Shown piece after piece: positions 39,189 to 48,342 of a DNA stretch of 64,000 nt. Made by a program: the position numbers and the translations under genes. The notes under the pieces are model-generated. The model saw only the letters and a list, made by a program, of their open reading frames with translations. It searched no databases and had not been told where the DNA came from. The stretch comes from a virus: positions 67,662 to 131,661 of the IMG/VR virus record IMGVR_UViG_3300025133_000037. One strand, given 5' to 3'. Each line of letters starts with the position of its first letter. Positions within the stretch are counted from its first letter, which is position 1.

Positions 39189-41300
39189 TTACGGGCCAGG
39201 CAACGGAATTGCCTCACCGACCTGACCTGTCAGCGCAGATTGTCCTTCTGAAACAGCCTCACGACCCCTTCTTCTTCTAGCCTCTGGAGCAGGAGATCTC
39301 CTACCAGTTTCCATCTTTCTAGTTCCAACTATAATCCTTTTAAACGCTTTTCTTTGTTCGGAAGTTATTTCTCCCGCTCTTTCTGCGCCCCTTATTTGGG
39401 ACATCATTCTTCTTTGCTCTCTCGGGCTTAAGAAATCATCACCCCTAACACTATCATCCTGAGTCCTATTTGCCAAAGGCATTAATTCAATGCCATCAGC
39501 AGTGGGCTTACCATAAAATAGCTCGCCATCGCTCTTTCTCATATAAGTAGATGTTCCGTCTCCGTTATAATAATCATTTAGGTTAACCTCTGGAGTTGCA
39601 TCTTCTGAATCTTGAGTGTCAGCCAGATAGCTTAGGATCATAGCCATATCTTCATTGTTTTCCTTATCTGCATTAAATGCCTCAAGCACCTTAGGCTTAT
39701 GTCTGCCCATTAAAAAGTCTGCATCAGCAGTTGTGGCCGGTCCGGAATCCCCAATTCTATCGACTAACTTATCCCTTTCTGTCAAAGTAAGGTTAGTCCC
39801 ATCATATGTTAAGTAAGTTCTTAAAATCTTATCGCTAATACCTGTAGGTTGAGTCCTATCTTCCTCTCTAGTCAAGCCGCTGAGTCTCTCTAATGCTGCT
39901 GCTGGACTAGCAGGCTTTGCAGCCCCGTCAGTAGCGCTTCTCCAGGCATGTGCTGTTTGTGGTCCCCACAAGCCATCTGCGACTAAAGGCTCTCCATTTG
40001 CCCCTTTGTGACCCAACGCATTAAGTCTGTTCTGCAATATAGCCCAATCTTGTCTACCTATCGGCGTTGGACCCGGCGTTGGACCCGGCGTTGGACCCGG
40101 CGTTGGACCCGGCGTTGGACTCGGCGGAGTACTCGCCTCTTTCTCAAATTCATAAAGAGCGTTCCATGCTGCAATATATGGCCCGATACTTCCGACAATA
40201 CCGTTCCATGTCTCGTCCCCTCCAAAGCGGTTATAATCTGAATCTGCTGAAACAACAGCCTTTACCGCATTTGAATCTATCCGCTTTCCTTTAAGGGCTT
40301 GCATACCTGTCGTAAATGTTGATATATTACTAAAGTCTCCAGCATCGTCGCCTGCAAACCCCCAGTGCCAATCCCAATCAAAGTCTTGATCTTTCCACAC
40401 TCTTATTATCTCTTCATATAGTGCAGAAAAATCCGGGGGAGTTGATTCATCCGCGCCTAGAGCAGACAGTACAGAATTTGAATTAACACTATCTCCAAAG
40501 AAAGATCCGATTCCTTTAAGGGATTCTACAAAAGCCTGTGCTTTCTGGCCTAATCTTGCAGCCGCTTCTTGCTGATTGCCACGGGCATCATATACGTTCC
40601 ACCAACCTATTCCAGCGCCAATTACTGCGCCAATTGCTGCTCCGGGTAGCCCTCCAATTGCACCGCCTATAGCTGCGCCACCAGTTCCCCATTCAGCCAT
40701 GTTTTCTCCATAACCTTCTTGGGCTAGTTTTACAATTTCATCAGCCTGCCTTACATGGCCTGACATATGCAGGGCTTTTGCCAGCTTTAATAGCTCTTGT
40801 TGCTCTGTGTTCATAGCTCTTGTTACTCCAGAAATTCGCCTTCGCCTAAGTCTTCCGGTCTCTAGAAAACTAAAGTAATCTTTTGACTCAGTTTTATTCC
40901 TAATATTAATAGGTTTATTATACTCTCTTCTTTGAATATTTGATGGAGGCTTATCTTCTTGAACGTCAATGACAGAGGGGCCTCCAAAGCCTCCTCTATG
41001 AGATGCCTCAAAATCTTGCTGTTCATAAGCAGATCTTGGTCTATAACCCTGTGCTCCTCCGGGACTACCACCAGGAACGTCCGTTAGTCCCAGAGCTTTC
41101 TTATATAAGTTTGCAAGCTTTACTCTTTTTGTCAAGCTTTTGCCCTCATCGCAATCGCTTATTTTATTACTATATGATAATTCCTCTGGATGGGAAGGAG
41201 TCCTTACTATATCGGGAGTCCTCTCTTTTAAGACAGGCCCAGATTCATAATAAGAGATTAAGTCAAGAAGAGACAAATCTTCATCAGCCTCTTCCTTCAT
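39189..41300 (-). CDS. Modular tagged protein with glycine zipper, PTPG linker and peptidoglycan-binding (PG_binding_1-like) domain
   Basis: Internal MNTEQQELLKLAKALHMSGH..IVKLA; GGAAIGGAIGGLPGAAIGAVIGAGIG; LQNRLNALGH..LVADGLWGPQT. Confidence 0.75.
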   Translation of the reverse strand: MKEEADEDLSLLDLISYYESGPVLKERTPDIVRTPSHPEELSYSNKISDCDEGKSLTKRVKLANLYKKALGLTDVPGGSPGGAQGYRPRSAYEQQDFEASHRGGFGGPSVIDVQEDKPPSNIQRREYNKPINIRNKTESKDYFSFLETGRLRRRRISGVTRAMNTEQQELLKLAKALHMSGHVRQADEIVKLAQEGYGENMAEWGTGGAAIGGAIGGLPGAAIGAVIGAGIGWWNVYDARGNQQEAAARLGQKAQAFVESLKGIGSFFGDSVNSNSVLSALGADESTPPDFSALYEEIIRVWKDQDFDWDWHWGFAGDDAGDFSNISTFTTGMQALKGKRIDSNAVKAVVSADSDYNRFGGDETWNGIVGSIGPYIAAWNALYEFEKEASTPPSPTPGPTPGPTPGPTPGPTPIGRQDWAILQNRLNALGHKGANGEPLVADGLWGPQTAHAWRSATDGAAKPASPAAALERLSGLTREEDRTQPTGISDKILRTYLTYDGTNLTLTERDKLVDRIGDSGPATTADADFLMGRHKPKVLEAFNADKENNEDMAMILSYLADTQDSEDATPEVNLNDYYNGDGTSTYMRKSDGELFYGKPTADGIELMPLANRTQDDSVRGDDFLSPREQRRMMSQIRGAERAGEITSEQRKAFKRIIVGTRKMETGRRSPAPEARRRRGREAVSEGQSALTGQVGEAIPLPGP
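40062..40121. repeat. 12-bp tandem repeat x5 encoding a PTPG linker
   Basis: (CGGCGTTGGACC)n; the last copy is imperfect. Confidence 0.95.
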
Positions 41301-41302
41301 TT

Positions 41303-42433
41303 TTATCTCCTAACTAAACCACTATTCCGTGTAGTAAACTCTCCCCCTAACAAGCTTGCTGCCTTCATCAGCCTATCTTGGCGGGTGGTTGCTTCTGCAT
41401 CTAATGAAAATCCATCTTCTGCATTGCTACCAGCCTCTGCCCTTAACTCTTGCAACATTTCATCAACTATCCCTTCGGCCTGCTCCTGTCCCATTTCAAG
41501 CCCCATCAGATGTCGAACAGCCCATGCTTTTCTTGCAGTCAATGTTGGGCCTATCCAAAATCTTGCGCCCTCTGCTCTAAGGCCCTTCTTAAGTCTTACT
41601 AAGATCTGTTGAGTTAGCTCTTGAACCGCAGGATCAGAAAGGTTTAATTCTGTTGCGCCAGAAGAAGATTCTCTATGAGTCTGACCCTCCTCCCATTCTG
41701 CCGGAGCAGAAGGAGCAGCTCCACCGGACTTATGAGCCTTGTATTGCTCTCCCAAAGCAGCCCAAGCTTTTCTCATATAAGAGTTATTCCAGTTGCCAGA
41801 TGGGTCTAAGTCATAATCTGCTTTAGCATTATGGTTTTCATTGGCCCATGCCCTAAACTCATTTCCTGTTGCCTCATCATGAATGAGGCCTCCAGACAAA
41901 TCCTTCATACTTTGCCCTTGACGGCGGGCTCTACTACGCTCAGGAGGAACACCTAAGTCGGCTCCCTTGCTAGCTAAATAACCCTGCTTTCCAGCGCCAC
42001 CAGTAAGATCCACCCCTTCCATGCCTTGAGTCTCATCAATTAGCCAGCCAATCATCTCAAGTCTTTTGGCTTCATCCAAGCTGCCAGACATTTCTCCAGA
42101 AGCCTTCATTACCTCACCCAATACAGCGTCAGCCAATAGTTGCGGTTGCTTCTTCAGAATATGCTCTAAATCCGCAAGGGGATAGGGCAGATTGACGGAT
42201 ATAAAGTTTGTTTGATCTTGAGGCAAACCCTGTTCCTCGCCACCTGATGCTGGAGTTTCTGGCGGCTCCGAACGAGCCTCCTCCTCTTTATCACCACCAA
42301 AACCGAACGCCTGCCCAATATCTGACAGGCTTGGTAAAGCCGTCTTTTGTATAACGGTATCCAATCTATCAGCCAAGTCTCTATGGCCGAGGCTATCTAA
42401 ATGATTAGCCAATTTTACTAATTCTTTATTCAT
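41303..42433 (-). CDS. Modular tagged protein with GNEFR domain
   Basis: MNKELVKLANHLDSLGHRDLADRLDTVIQKTA; GNEFRAWANENH..WNNSYMRKAW; C-terminal QDRLMKAASLLGGEFT. Confidence 0.8.
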   Translation of the reverse strand: MNKELVKLANHLDSLGHRDLADRLDTVIQKTALPSLSDIGQAFGFGGDKEEEARSEPPETPASGGEEQGLPQDQTNFISVNLPYPLADLEHILKKQPQLLADAVLGEVMKASGEMSGSLDEAKRLEMIGWLIDETQGMEGVDLTGGAGKQGYLASKGADLGVPPERSRARRQGQSMKDLSGGLIHDEATGNEFRAWANENHNAKADYDLDPSGNWNNSYMRKAWAALGEQYKAHKSGGAAPSAPAEWEEGQTHRESSSGATELNLSDPAVQELTQQILVRLKKGLRAEGARFWIGPTLTARKAWAVRHLMGLEMGQEQAEGIVDEMLQELRAEAGSNAEDGFSLDAEATTRQDRLMKAASLLGGEFTTRNSGLVRR

Positions 42434-42445
42434 TTTATCTTCCTT

Positions 42446-43309
42446 TTAATATTTCCGATAATGTTCTGGAACATTAACTGTAAATTCACCAGCCATTAAC
42501 TCGGCCATTTTGTTTATTCTATCTTGAGCAGACATTGCTTCAATTTCAAAATCGTTTGCTTCATCACCAGACTCTGCGGCAGTTTCACTTGACTCCTCTA
42601 CAGCTTCACTTTCTTGCGACAATCTCTGGGAATCTTCCCCGGCCATTGCCTCCGACTTCTCGGCAAGGCGGCCAACCTCTTTTCTAAGTTTTGAAATATC
42701 CCTTGATTCAGAAGCGGCCTTAAGTATTCTATCCAGCCTATCAGCCAAATCTCTATGTCCGAGGCTATCTAAATGATTGGACAATTTAATTAATTCTTTT
42801 TGCATATTATAGTCTCCAGCAAAGGTGATCTCCGCATTATTATCAATACCTATTTTTTTATTAGTAGTAGTTTCAGCAAATATAGGCTCAAAAGATCGCT
42901 CTTTTGACTCCGCCACAGCCTCTCCTCCTGGGAACCCATGCTCTGGATTATAATCATCTAAATGAGCGACTTCATGTATTAAAGTTTTAGCTATATTACT
43001 CAAGACGCTTTGAAGAGCAGGATCGGATAACTCCATCTGATTTATCTTCGACAAAACATCAGGAGGAATCTCCTTCTCTATATTCGTAATAACCATATGA
43101 ACAGAATCTAGCTTGCCATCATCATCTGTATCTTCCGTTGTAACAAATGCTTTTGCATTTGGAGCAACACCCGGCGGGGGAGTTGAGTCATAAATAACCT
43201 TCCCGGCAGCTAACAAGTTTCTTATGTTTGCCGGTAGATTAGAAATGCCTCTCAATCCAGACTCGATCTTAGGCCACCAAGGTGGGGTATGTGCTTCTTT
43301 TTTAATCAT
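42446..43309 (-). CDS. HExxH metalloprotease-like domain fused to an internal helix-tag module
   Basis: TLIHEVAH..GEAVAE; internal MQKELIKLSNHLDSLGHRDLADRLD; C-terminal QDRINKMAELMAGEFT. Confidence 0.7.
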   Translation of the reverse strand: MIKKEAHTPPWWPKIESGLRGISNLPANIRNLLAAGKVIYDSTPPPGVAPNAKAFVTTEDTDDDGKLDSVHMVITNIEKEIPPDVLSKINQMELSDPALQSVLSNIAKTLIHEVAHLDDYNPEHGFPGGEAVAESKERSFEPIFAETTTNKKIGIDNNAEITFAGDYNMQKELIKLSNHLDSLGHRDLADRLDRILKAASESRDISKLRKEVGRLAEKSEAMAGEDSQRLSQESEAVEESSETAAESGDEANDFEIEAMSAQDRINKMAELMAGEFTVNVPEHYRKY

Positions 43310-43397
43310 AATTCATTTAAACTTAATAATAGAACTAAATATCTCAAGACTTTATTGTTTGTATAATACTCTATTAGTATATAATAATTACTACACC

Positions 43398-43820
43398 CTA
43401 CGGAACAAACAGCCTTGGCTTTCTCGGTTTATTATACCTTGTTGATGTGGTAATTATATCTATACCATCCGGCCTAATAACTGAGAAGAAAAAATTAAAA
43501 GCACCGCGACCCTTAACCTTTCTCACTTCTATCCAACTTCGTTTTTGAGAATCGATGCTCGATGTGTTTGACAGAAACATATGAACCGCATCATTATGAC
43601 TTACTGCAAAGTCCTGGGCTATAACTTCATTTAGCTGCTTATTTCCAAGGTCATACAAAACCTCTCTCTTTCCTGCCCAAAACTCATCAAAATACTTTCT
43701 GTACTTCAGCCTAACAGTTGTGGAGACTCGTATTGGCAGCCCTGTTCTGGGGTCAGTCAGTCCCGCCTCTTCTAGCCCAGCCTCTTTTAATAATCCACTT
43801 TTTAATAATCCACTATTCAT
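43398..43820 (-). CDS. Hypothetical protein
   Basis: GAGG RBS; N-terminal LLKSGLLKEAG. Confidence 0.65.
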   Translation of the reverse strand: MNSGLLKSGLLKEAGLEEAGLTDPRTGLPIRVSTTVRLKYRKYFDEFWAGKREVLYDLGNKQLNEVIAQDFAVSHNDAVHMFLSNTSSIDSQKRSWIEVRKVKGRGAFNFFFSVIRPDGIDIITTSTRYNKPRKPRLFVP

Positions 43821-43861
43821 TTGTAGCCTCTATTCTGTAGATAAACATATTATTAGCATAT

Positions 43862-43892
43862 AAAAAAACCCAGCCTATTGCTAGGCTGGGTT
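43862..43892 (-). terminator. Rho-independent terminator
   Basis: AACCCAGCCTA-TTGC-TAGGCTGGGTT plus U-tract on the minus strand. Confidence 0.85.
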
Positions 43893-43911
43893 GTGAAAAA
43901 GCAATCTTGTT

Positions 43912-44181
43912 TTATTCTAAAACAATATGATATGCTATATATTTATAAAAAGACTCTTCATCCTCTATCTTAAACTTACCGGGAGGCTTTTTGTACCCCA
44001 GCCTAACCATAGGAACCTCTAACTCCTCATATAGAGTTTCGACCTTATCTCTTCTTACCGCCATAATAGAGCCATCAAAACTTGTTTTCAAAGACTCTAA
44101 GATCTCCGGCTTTTCACCCAACTTGAAAGATGCAAACACATTCTTATGAATTGGGGCTTCAAGCCAAACATATTCAGACAT
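43912..44181 (-). CDS. Hypothetical protein
   Basis: GGAGG RBS. Confidence 0.65.
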   Translation of the reverse strand: MSEYVWLEAPIHKNVFASFKLGEKPEILESLKTSFDGSIMAVRRDKVETLYEELEVPMVRLGYKKPPGKFKIEDEESFYKYIAYHIVLE

Positions 44182-44182
44182 T

Positions 44183-45118
44183 TTAACCCTCCTCTGTAGA
44201 TTCTAAAAAAAGATTATTTTGAGCCTCTTCCTTCGCCCTCTCAATAGCCTCAAGTCTATGTTCCAACTTTCTTTTTGCCCAATAAAATTGAGTACCCATT
44301 ATTGAAGTCAATAGATATTCTGGCAAAAAGTCTGCCAGATGTGCCACGACTCCCTCATATTTTGAATCAGAGAACTGAAGCAATAACTCGTCTGAATTAG
44401 GATAAAGTTCGCTATGCTTAATCAAAGCTCTAACTCCGGTTAAGGATGAATCCTCTGCTCCATCGCTCCTGATTTTTCTAGCAGTCTTTTTTGTTAACAA
44501 TCCATTCTCAATATATAGAGAATAAAGTATTCCCCTAACTGCATATCCTGGCCTCTTTATGTCCTTATTGGGATAAAAGACCGTATTATCTACATGGCCC
44601 TTAAACTCCTGCAAATCTGCTTCCGCTAAGCCTCTGGCCGCAGTAATATATGAGCGTCTAATATATCCGCATTTAACTTGGTGAGCACCCAATAGCTTAA
44701 GCAAAGGAGCCCAATCAAATCCCGGAACCATTCTCGCTGCCGATAAAAGGTAATCCTTCCTGTCTGCCCAGATATCCCAAGACATATCTTCTATGCTAGC
44801 CTCTGTTGTTATGCTGTCTATCTTGGACTTCCAAAATGGAATAGAGTATAGGTCAATATCAAATTCTTTTGCCGTAGCAAAAACTGTATCTAAGTGAGTT
44901 TCGGTATCTATACTTTTGTAAAAGTCCTTTAATATGTCTGGGCACAGAATGATGTTCCTGCGGATCTCTTTAAGCTCCTTATCTTCAAAGCCAGTTCTGG
45001 ACCTATAATTAGTGTCAAAAACAGAACTCAAGCCTAAAGAAATCAGCTTATCTGACGGAGAATCATTTTTAAACAAGCCTCCCAAAAGGTCTGGAATAGA
45101 CATATTATTCCTCCCCAC
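44183..45118 (-). CDS. Alpha-helical paralog family protein
   Basis: C-terminal LADFLPEYLLTSIMG..WAKRKLEHRL. Confidence 0.7.
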   Translation of the reverse strand: MGRNNMSIPDLLGGLFKNDSPSDKLISLGLSSVFDTNYRSRTGFEDKELKEIRRNIILCPDILKDFYKSIDTETHLDTVFATAKEFDIDLYSIPFWKSKIDSITTEASIEDMSWDIWADRKDYLLSAARMVPGFDWAPLLKLLGAHQVKCGYIRRSYITAARGLAEADLQEFKGHVDNTVFYPNKDIKRPGYAVRGILYSLYIENGLLTKKTARKIRSDGAEDSSLTGVRALIKHSELYPNSDELLLQFSDSKYEGVVAHLADFLPEYLLTSIMGTQFYWAKRKLEHRLEAIERAKEEAQNNLFLESTEEG

Positions 45119-45377
45119 TAACCCACGCCTTAAACTCTTCTGCGTGATTATTGATTATAGAAATCTTTACCGCATCTTCCAAATGATCCCATGACTTCGA
45201 TATCTCTTTTAAAGACATTTCTAAAAAAGAATTCTTAAGATCCTTGTGAACAGTATCGTAACTGCGATTACAAGTATTAACCCCAATCGCAATCAGTATA
45301 TTAATAACCTCATCTTTGGTCAAAGATGGCTCTTCCTCAACAACCTCTAAATGAGGCGCTTCAACATTATTGGACAT
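45105..45377 (-). CDS. Hypothetical protein
   Basis: AGGAG RBS; first gene after a motif copy. Confidence 0.65.
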   Translation of the reverse strand: MSNNVEAPHLEVVEEEPSLTKDEVINILIAIGVNTCNRSYDTVHKDLKNSFLEMSLKEISKSWDHLEDAVKISIINNHAEEFKAWVSGEE

Positions 45378-45424
45378 AACAATACTCCTATTGTTTCTTT
45401 TAGGTAAACTTCTCTACATGAGAG

Positions 45425-45449
45425 TAGTCGGTGTAGAAATGGAAATAGA
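45425..45449 (-). promoter_or_regulatory. 25-bp repeated promoter-like motif
   Basis: TAGTCGGTGTAGAAATGGAAATAGA. Confidence 0.75.
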
Positions 45450-45455
45450 CTTTAT

Positions 45456-47060
45456 CTATTCCGCATCAGTTTCGGATGTATACACTATAACTTCAGTTGT
45501 TAACAGAGTTCCGCTAGAAGATGCTGCATTTTCCAAAGCAGACCTAACAACCTTTACCGGATCAATTATCCCATCTTTAATCATATTTTTTGAGAAAGAT
45601 CCCCTATAAGCATCAAATCCATTAGTCATATTTGTTGAGCTAGAAATGCTTTCCATATGCAAATGATGTTCAAATCCAGCATTGATTAAAATCTGAATAA
45701 ACGGCGCTCTTATTGCCTTTGATATTACATCAACTCCAACCAACTCTTCCGTTATAAGGGTTGCTTCTGACTTAAACTTCTTTAAGGCTGGTAAGCAATG
45801 GAGCAAAGCAGATCCTCCTCCCGGAACAATACCCTCTTCTATCGCCGCCTTTACAGCGTTTATAGCGTCCTCCACTCTGTCTTTCCGCTCCTTTACCTCT
45901 GACTCAGAAACGCCACCAACTTTCAATACAGCAATCGAGCCAGAGAGCGATGACAATCTTTGCTTTAGAGCGGCAATCTCATAGCCTTCTAAGTTATCTT
46001 GCTCAAGCCGTATCTTTATTGAGTTCACCCTACTCTCTACGTCACTCGACGTACCTGCGCCATCTATGATAGAAGTAGAGGATCTTGTCACCAAAGCTCT
46101 TCTTGTAGTCCCTAAGTCAAGAAGAGTAGCTTCTCTAAGCGGAGAGCCAGCTTCGTCTGTAAACAATGTAGCTCCACAAACCGCAGATATATCGCCCAGC
46201 ATATCCGCCCTTATATCTCCAAACCCAGGAGCCCTTACTGCACAAGAGGCTAACGTGCCTCTTGCTTTGTTTAGAACCAAGGTCTGCAAAGCTTCTGACT
46301 CTACAGTTTGTGCGATAATCAACAATGGCCTATTCTGCTCTGATACTGCCTCTAAAATAGGCATAATCTCATATGTTGAACTTATCCTTCCATTATAAAC
46401 TAATACAAACGGGTTATCAAACTCAACAGTTAACTTGTCTAAATTTGTAGCAAAAGTCGGCGTTATATACCCTCTCTCAAAGTTCACCCCTTCCGTATAA
46501 GCAACAGAGGTTTCTGACCCAGCCGACTGTTCTACCGAGATCATTCCATCATTCCCTATCGCAGAAATGACCTCCCCTATTATTGGGCCTAATTCTAAAT
46601 CATTGTTTGTAGAAATAATAGCTACATTATTTATTATCTCTTCACTGTCAACAGGTTTAGAAATTTCTTTCAGCCTATCAGAAACAACCTCTACGGCTTT
46701 ATCTATTCCTCTTTTTATTAAAACAGGGTTATGTCCTGCCGCCACCATCTTTGAACCCTCTGTATAAATAGCTTGAGCTAAAACAGTAGCAGTAGTAGTT
46801 CCATCCCCAGCTAAAGAATTCGTTGCAGAAGCTACACTCTTTATAAGAGAAGCCCCCATATTTTGAACCCTATCATCAAGCGTTATGGCCCTCGCTACCG
46901 TAACACCATCCTTTGTAACTAAGGGCGGTCCAAAATCTCTTTCTATAGCGGCATTACGCCCTCTTGGTCCTAAAGTTACCTTTACAGCATCAGCCAGTAT
47001 ATCCAGGCCCTCTTGAAGACCGTTTCTTGCATCCAAACTAAACTTTACACTTTTTCCCAT
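45456..47060 (-). CDS. groEL: Chaperonin GroEL
   Basis: AVKVTLGPRGRN, TKDGVTVA, AGDGTTTATVLA, APGFGD, KDRVEDA, EEGIVPGGG, GIIDPVKV; no GGM tail. Confidence 0.97.
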   Translation of the reverse strand: MGKSVKFSLDARNGLQEGLDILADAVKVTLGPRGRNAAIERDFGPPLVTKDGVTVARAITLDDRVQNMGASLIKSVASATNSLAGDGTTTATVLAQAIYTEGSKMVAAGHNPVLIKRGIDKAVEVVSDRLKEISKPVDSEEIINNVAIISTNNDLELGPIIGEVISAIGNDGMISVEQSAGSETSVAYTEGVNFERGYITPTFATNLDKLTVEFDNPFVLVYNGRISSTYEIMPILEAVSEQNRPLLIIAQTVESEALQTLVLNKARGTLASCAVRAPGFGDIRADMLGDISAVCGATLFTDEAGSPLREATLLDLGTTRRALVTRSSTSIIDGAGTSSDVESRVNSIKIRLEQDNLEGYEIAALKQRLSSLSGSIAVLKVGGVSESEVKERKDRVEDAINAVKAAIEEGIVPGGGSALLHCLPALKKFKSEATLITEELVGVDVISKAIRAPFIQILINAGFEHHLHMESISSSTNMTNGFDAYRGSFSKNMIKDGIIDPVKVVRSALENAASSSGTLLTTEVIVYTSETDAE

Positions 47061-47070
47061 CTATCAACCC

Positions 47071-47196
47071 CTACTCGTCTGTATTGACAATAACTTCGGC
47101 GTTTAATCCATCCATCAATTTCGATGAAGTAGAAGTCGCCATACTTGATATGAAATATACTATTAAAAATAATGCCACTAAGTTTAAAAAACTCAT
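47071..47196 (-). CDS. Small membrane peptide (41 aa)
   Basis: MSFLNLVALFLIVYFISSMATSTSSKLMDGLNAEVIVNTDE, directly upstream of groEL; below the ORF-track cutoff. Confidence 0.45.
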   Translation of the reverse strand: MSFLNLVALFLIVYFISSMATSTSSKLMDGLNAEVIVNTDE

Positions 47197-47286
47197 TTGC
47201 AATATTAAAAAACCTTCAATTTTCTTGCTCAAACTTCCCTCTGATTATTTTACTAATACTAAGAAAAGTATTCAAAATACATCTAT

Positions 47287-47946
47287 CTAATTATTCTCAG
47301 AATTAAGTCTAACGATTCCATTTTCTATAGATACCCACGTTGCATGGCTAACCCAATCCCCGCAATTAACATAGGTCTTTATAACTTGCTTGTTATCGAC
47401 CCAGATTATAGCCTCTGGATGGTGTGAGTGTCCCATTATAATCACATCAACATCGTCATTCCACTTTAATATATCCCAAATCCTTCTAAGCTTTCTCTTC
47501 TTTAGCTTATAGTCTACCCACCATGTAGCCAAATCCACATCAAAAGTTCTTTCTAACCAGTCGTGAATTATAGATACAAGCTTCATAAGGAAGTCTGCCC
47601 TCACAATCCCTTCTTCATATCTGTCTCCATGCTCTATTCTTATAGAGCGGCCACAGTCTATAAACTCATACTTATCAACAAACCTTACATTATATATCCC
47701 TGTGCCCACCAGCCTTTTAAGAGAAGTCTCATGGTTGCCAACTACATATATAATTTCTTTAGAAAAATCTATTGCCTCTATTATTCTTAAAAACCTTGTA
47801 GTGAATGACGGAATTTTAATAAAGTCTATTATATCACCTGCCAAAATTAATTGGTCATATTTTGCTTTCTCCAAAAAAGCTATTAACTTATCGGCGTTAT
47901 AATTTTTACTGCCAATATGTATATCTGATATTACAATTCTTTTCAT
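47287..47946 (-). CDS. Calcineurin-like metallophosphoesterase (LpxH-like)
   Basis: ISDIHIG, AGDIID, VGNHE, EHGD, MGHSH, NCGDWV. Confidence 0.85.
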   Translation of the reverse strand: MKRIVISDIHIGSKNYNADKLIAFLEKAKYDQLILAGDIIDFIKIPSFTTRFLRIIEAIDFSKEIIYVVGNHETSLKRLVGTGIYNVRFVDKYEFIDCGRSIRIEHGDRYEEGIVRADFLMKLVSIIHDWLERTFDVDLATWWVDYKLKKRKLRRIWDILKWNDDVDVIIMGHSHHPEAIIWVDNKQVIKTYVNCGDWVSHATWVSIENGIVRLNSENN

Positions 47947-47949
47947 AAA

Positions 47950-48264
47950 TCATTCTTCGCCCTTATCTTTGTCCGACTCGGCCTTCTCCTTTTCTTTCTT
48001 ATTTTTTTCTTCTTTCTTATCCAACCTTCTTATCCTACCTGTGATTCTTTCTGCTGCAAAAACAATCTCATCTTCGTTCAATTCTTCTGCAAAAAAATAA
48101 AAGATAGCCTTCCCGCCATCAGTAAGTCCAGCCTCTAATGAGGCAAGACGCTCCTTCAGGGAAACTATTTCAATCATTTCTCGCAAAAGTGTTTGTCCAG
48201 ACTCCAATACTGTCTTATCGTCTGTTCCGTCAATCATTTCTCTAAAATCATTTAGCCTAGGCAT
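47950..48264 (-). CDS. Hypothetical protein
   Basis: GGAG RBS, charged C-terminus. Confidence 0.65.
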   Translation of the reverse strand: MPRLNDFREMIDGTDDKTVLESGQTLLREMIEIVSLKERLASLEAGLTDGGKAIFYFFAEELNEDEIVFAAERITGRIRRLDKKEEKNKKEKEKAESDKDKGEE

Positions 48265-48342
48265 ATCTACTCCATTATATGGTACTACTAATATAGTATT
48301 AATTATTGATGAAATATAATCATCTTTGGTAGGATTGTTATT

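Noticed and set aside
40062-40121. CRISPR array or regulatory repeat
   Set aside because: A spacer-less 12-bp tandem repeat in frame as a PTPG linker; the overlapping RRWT and DPAL ORFs are shadows.
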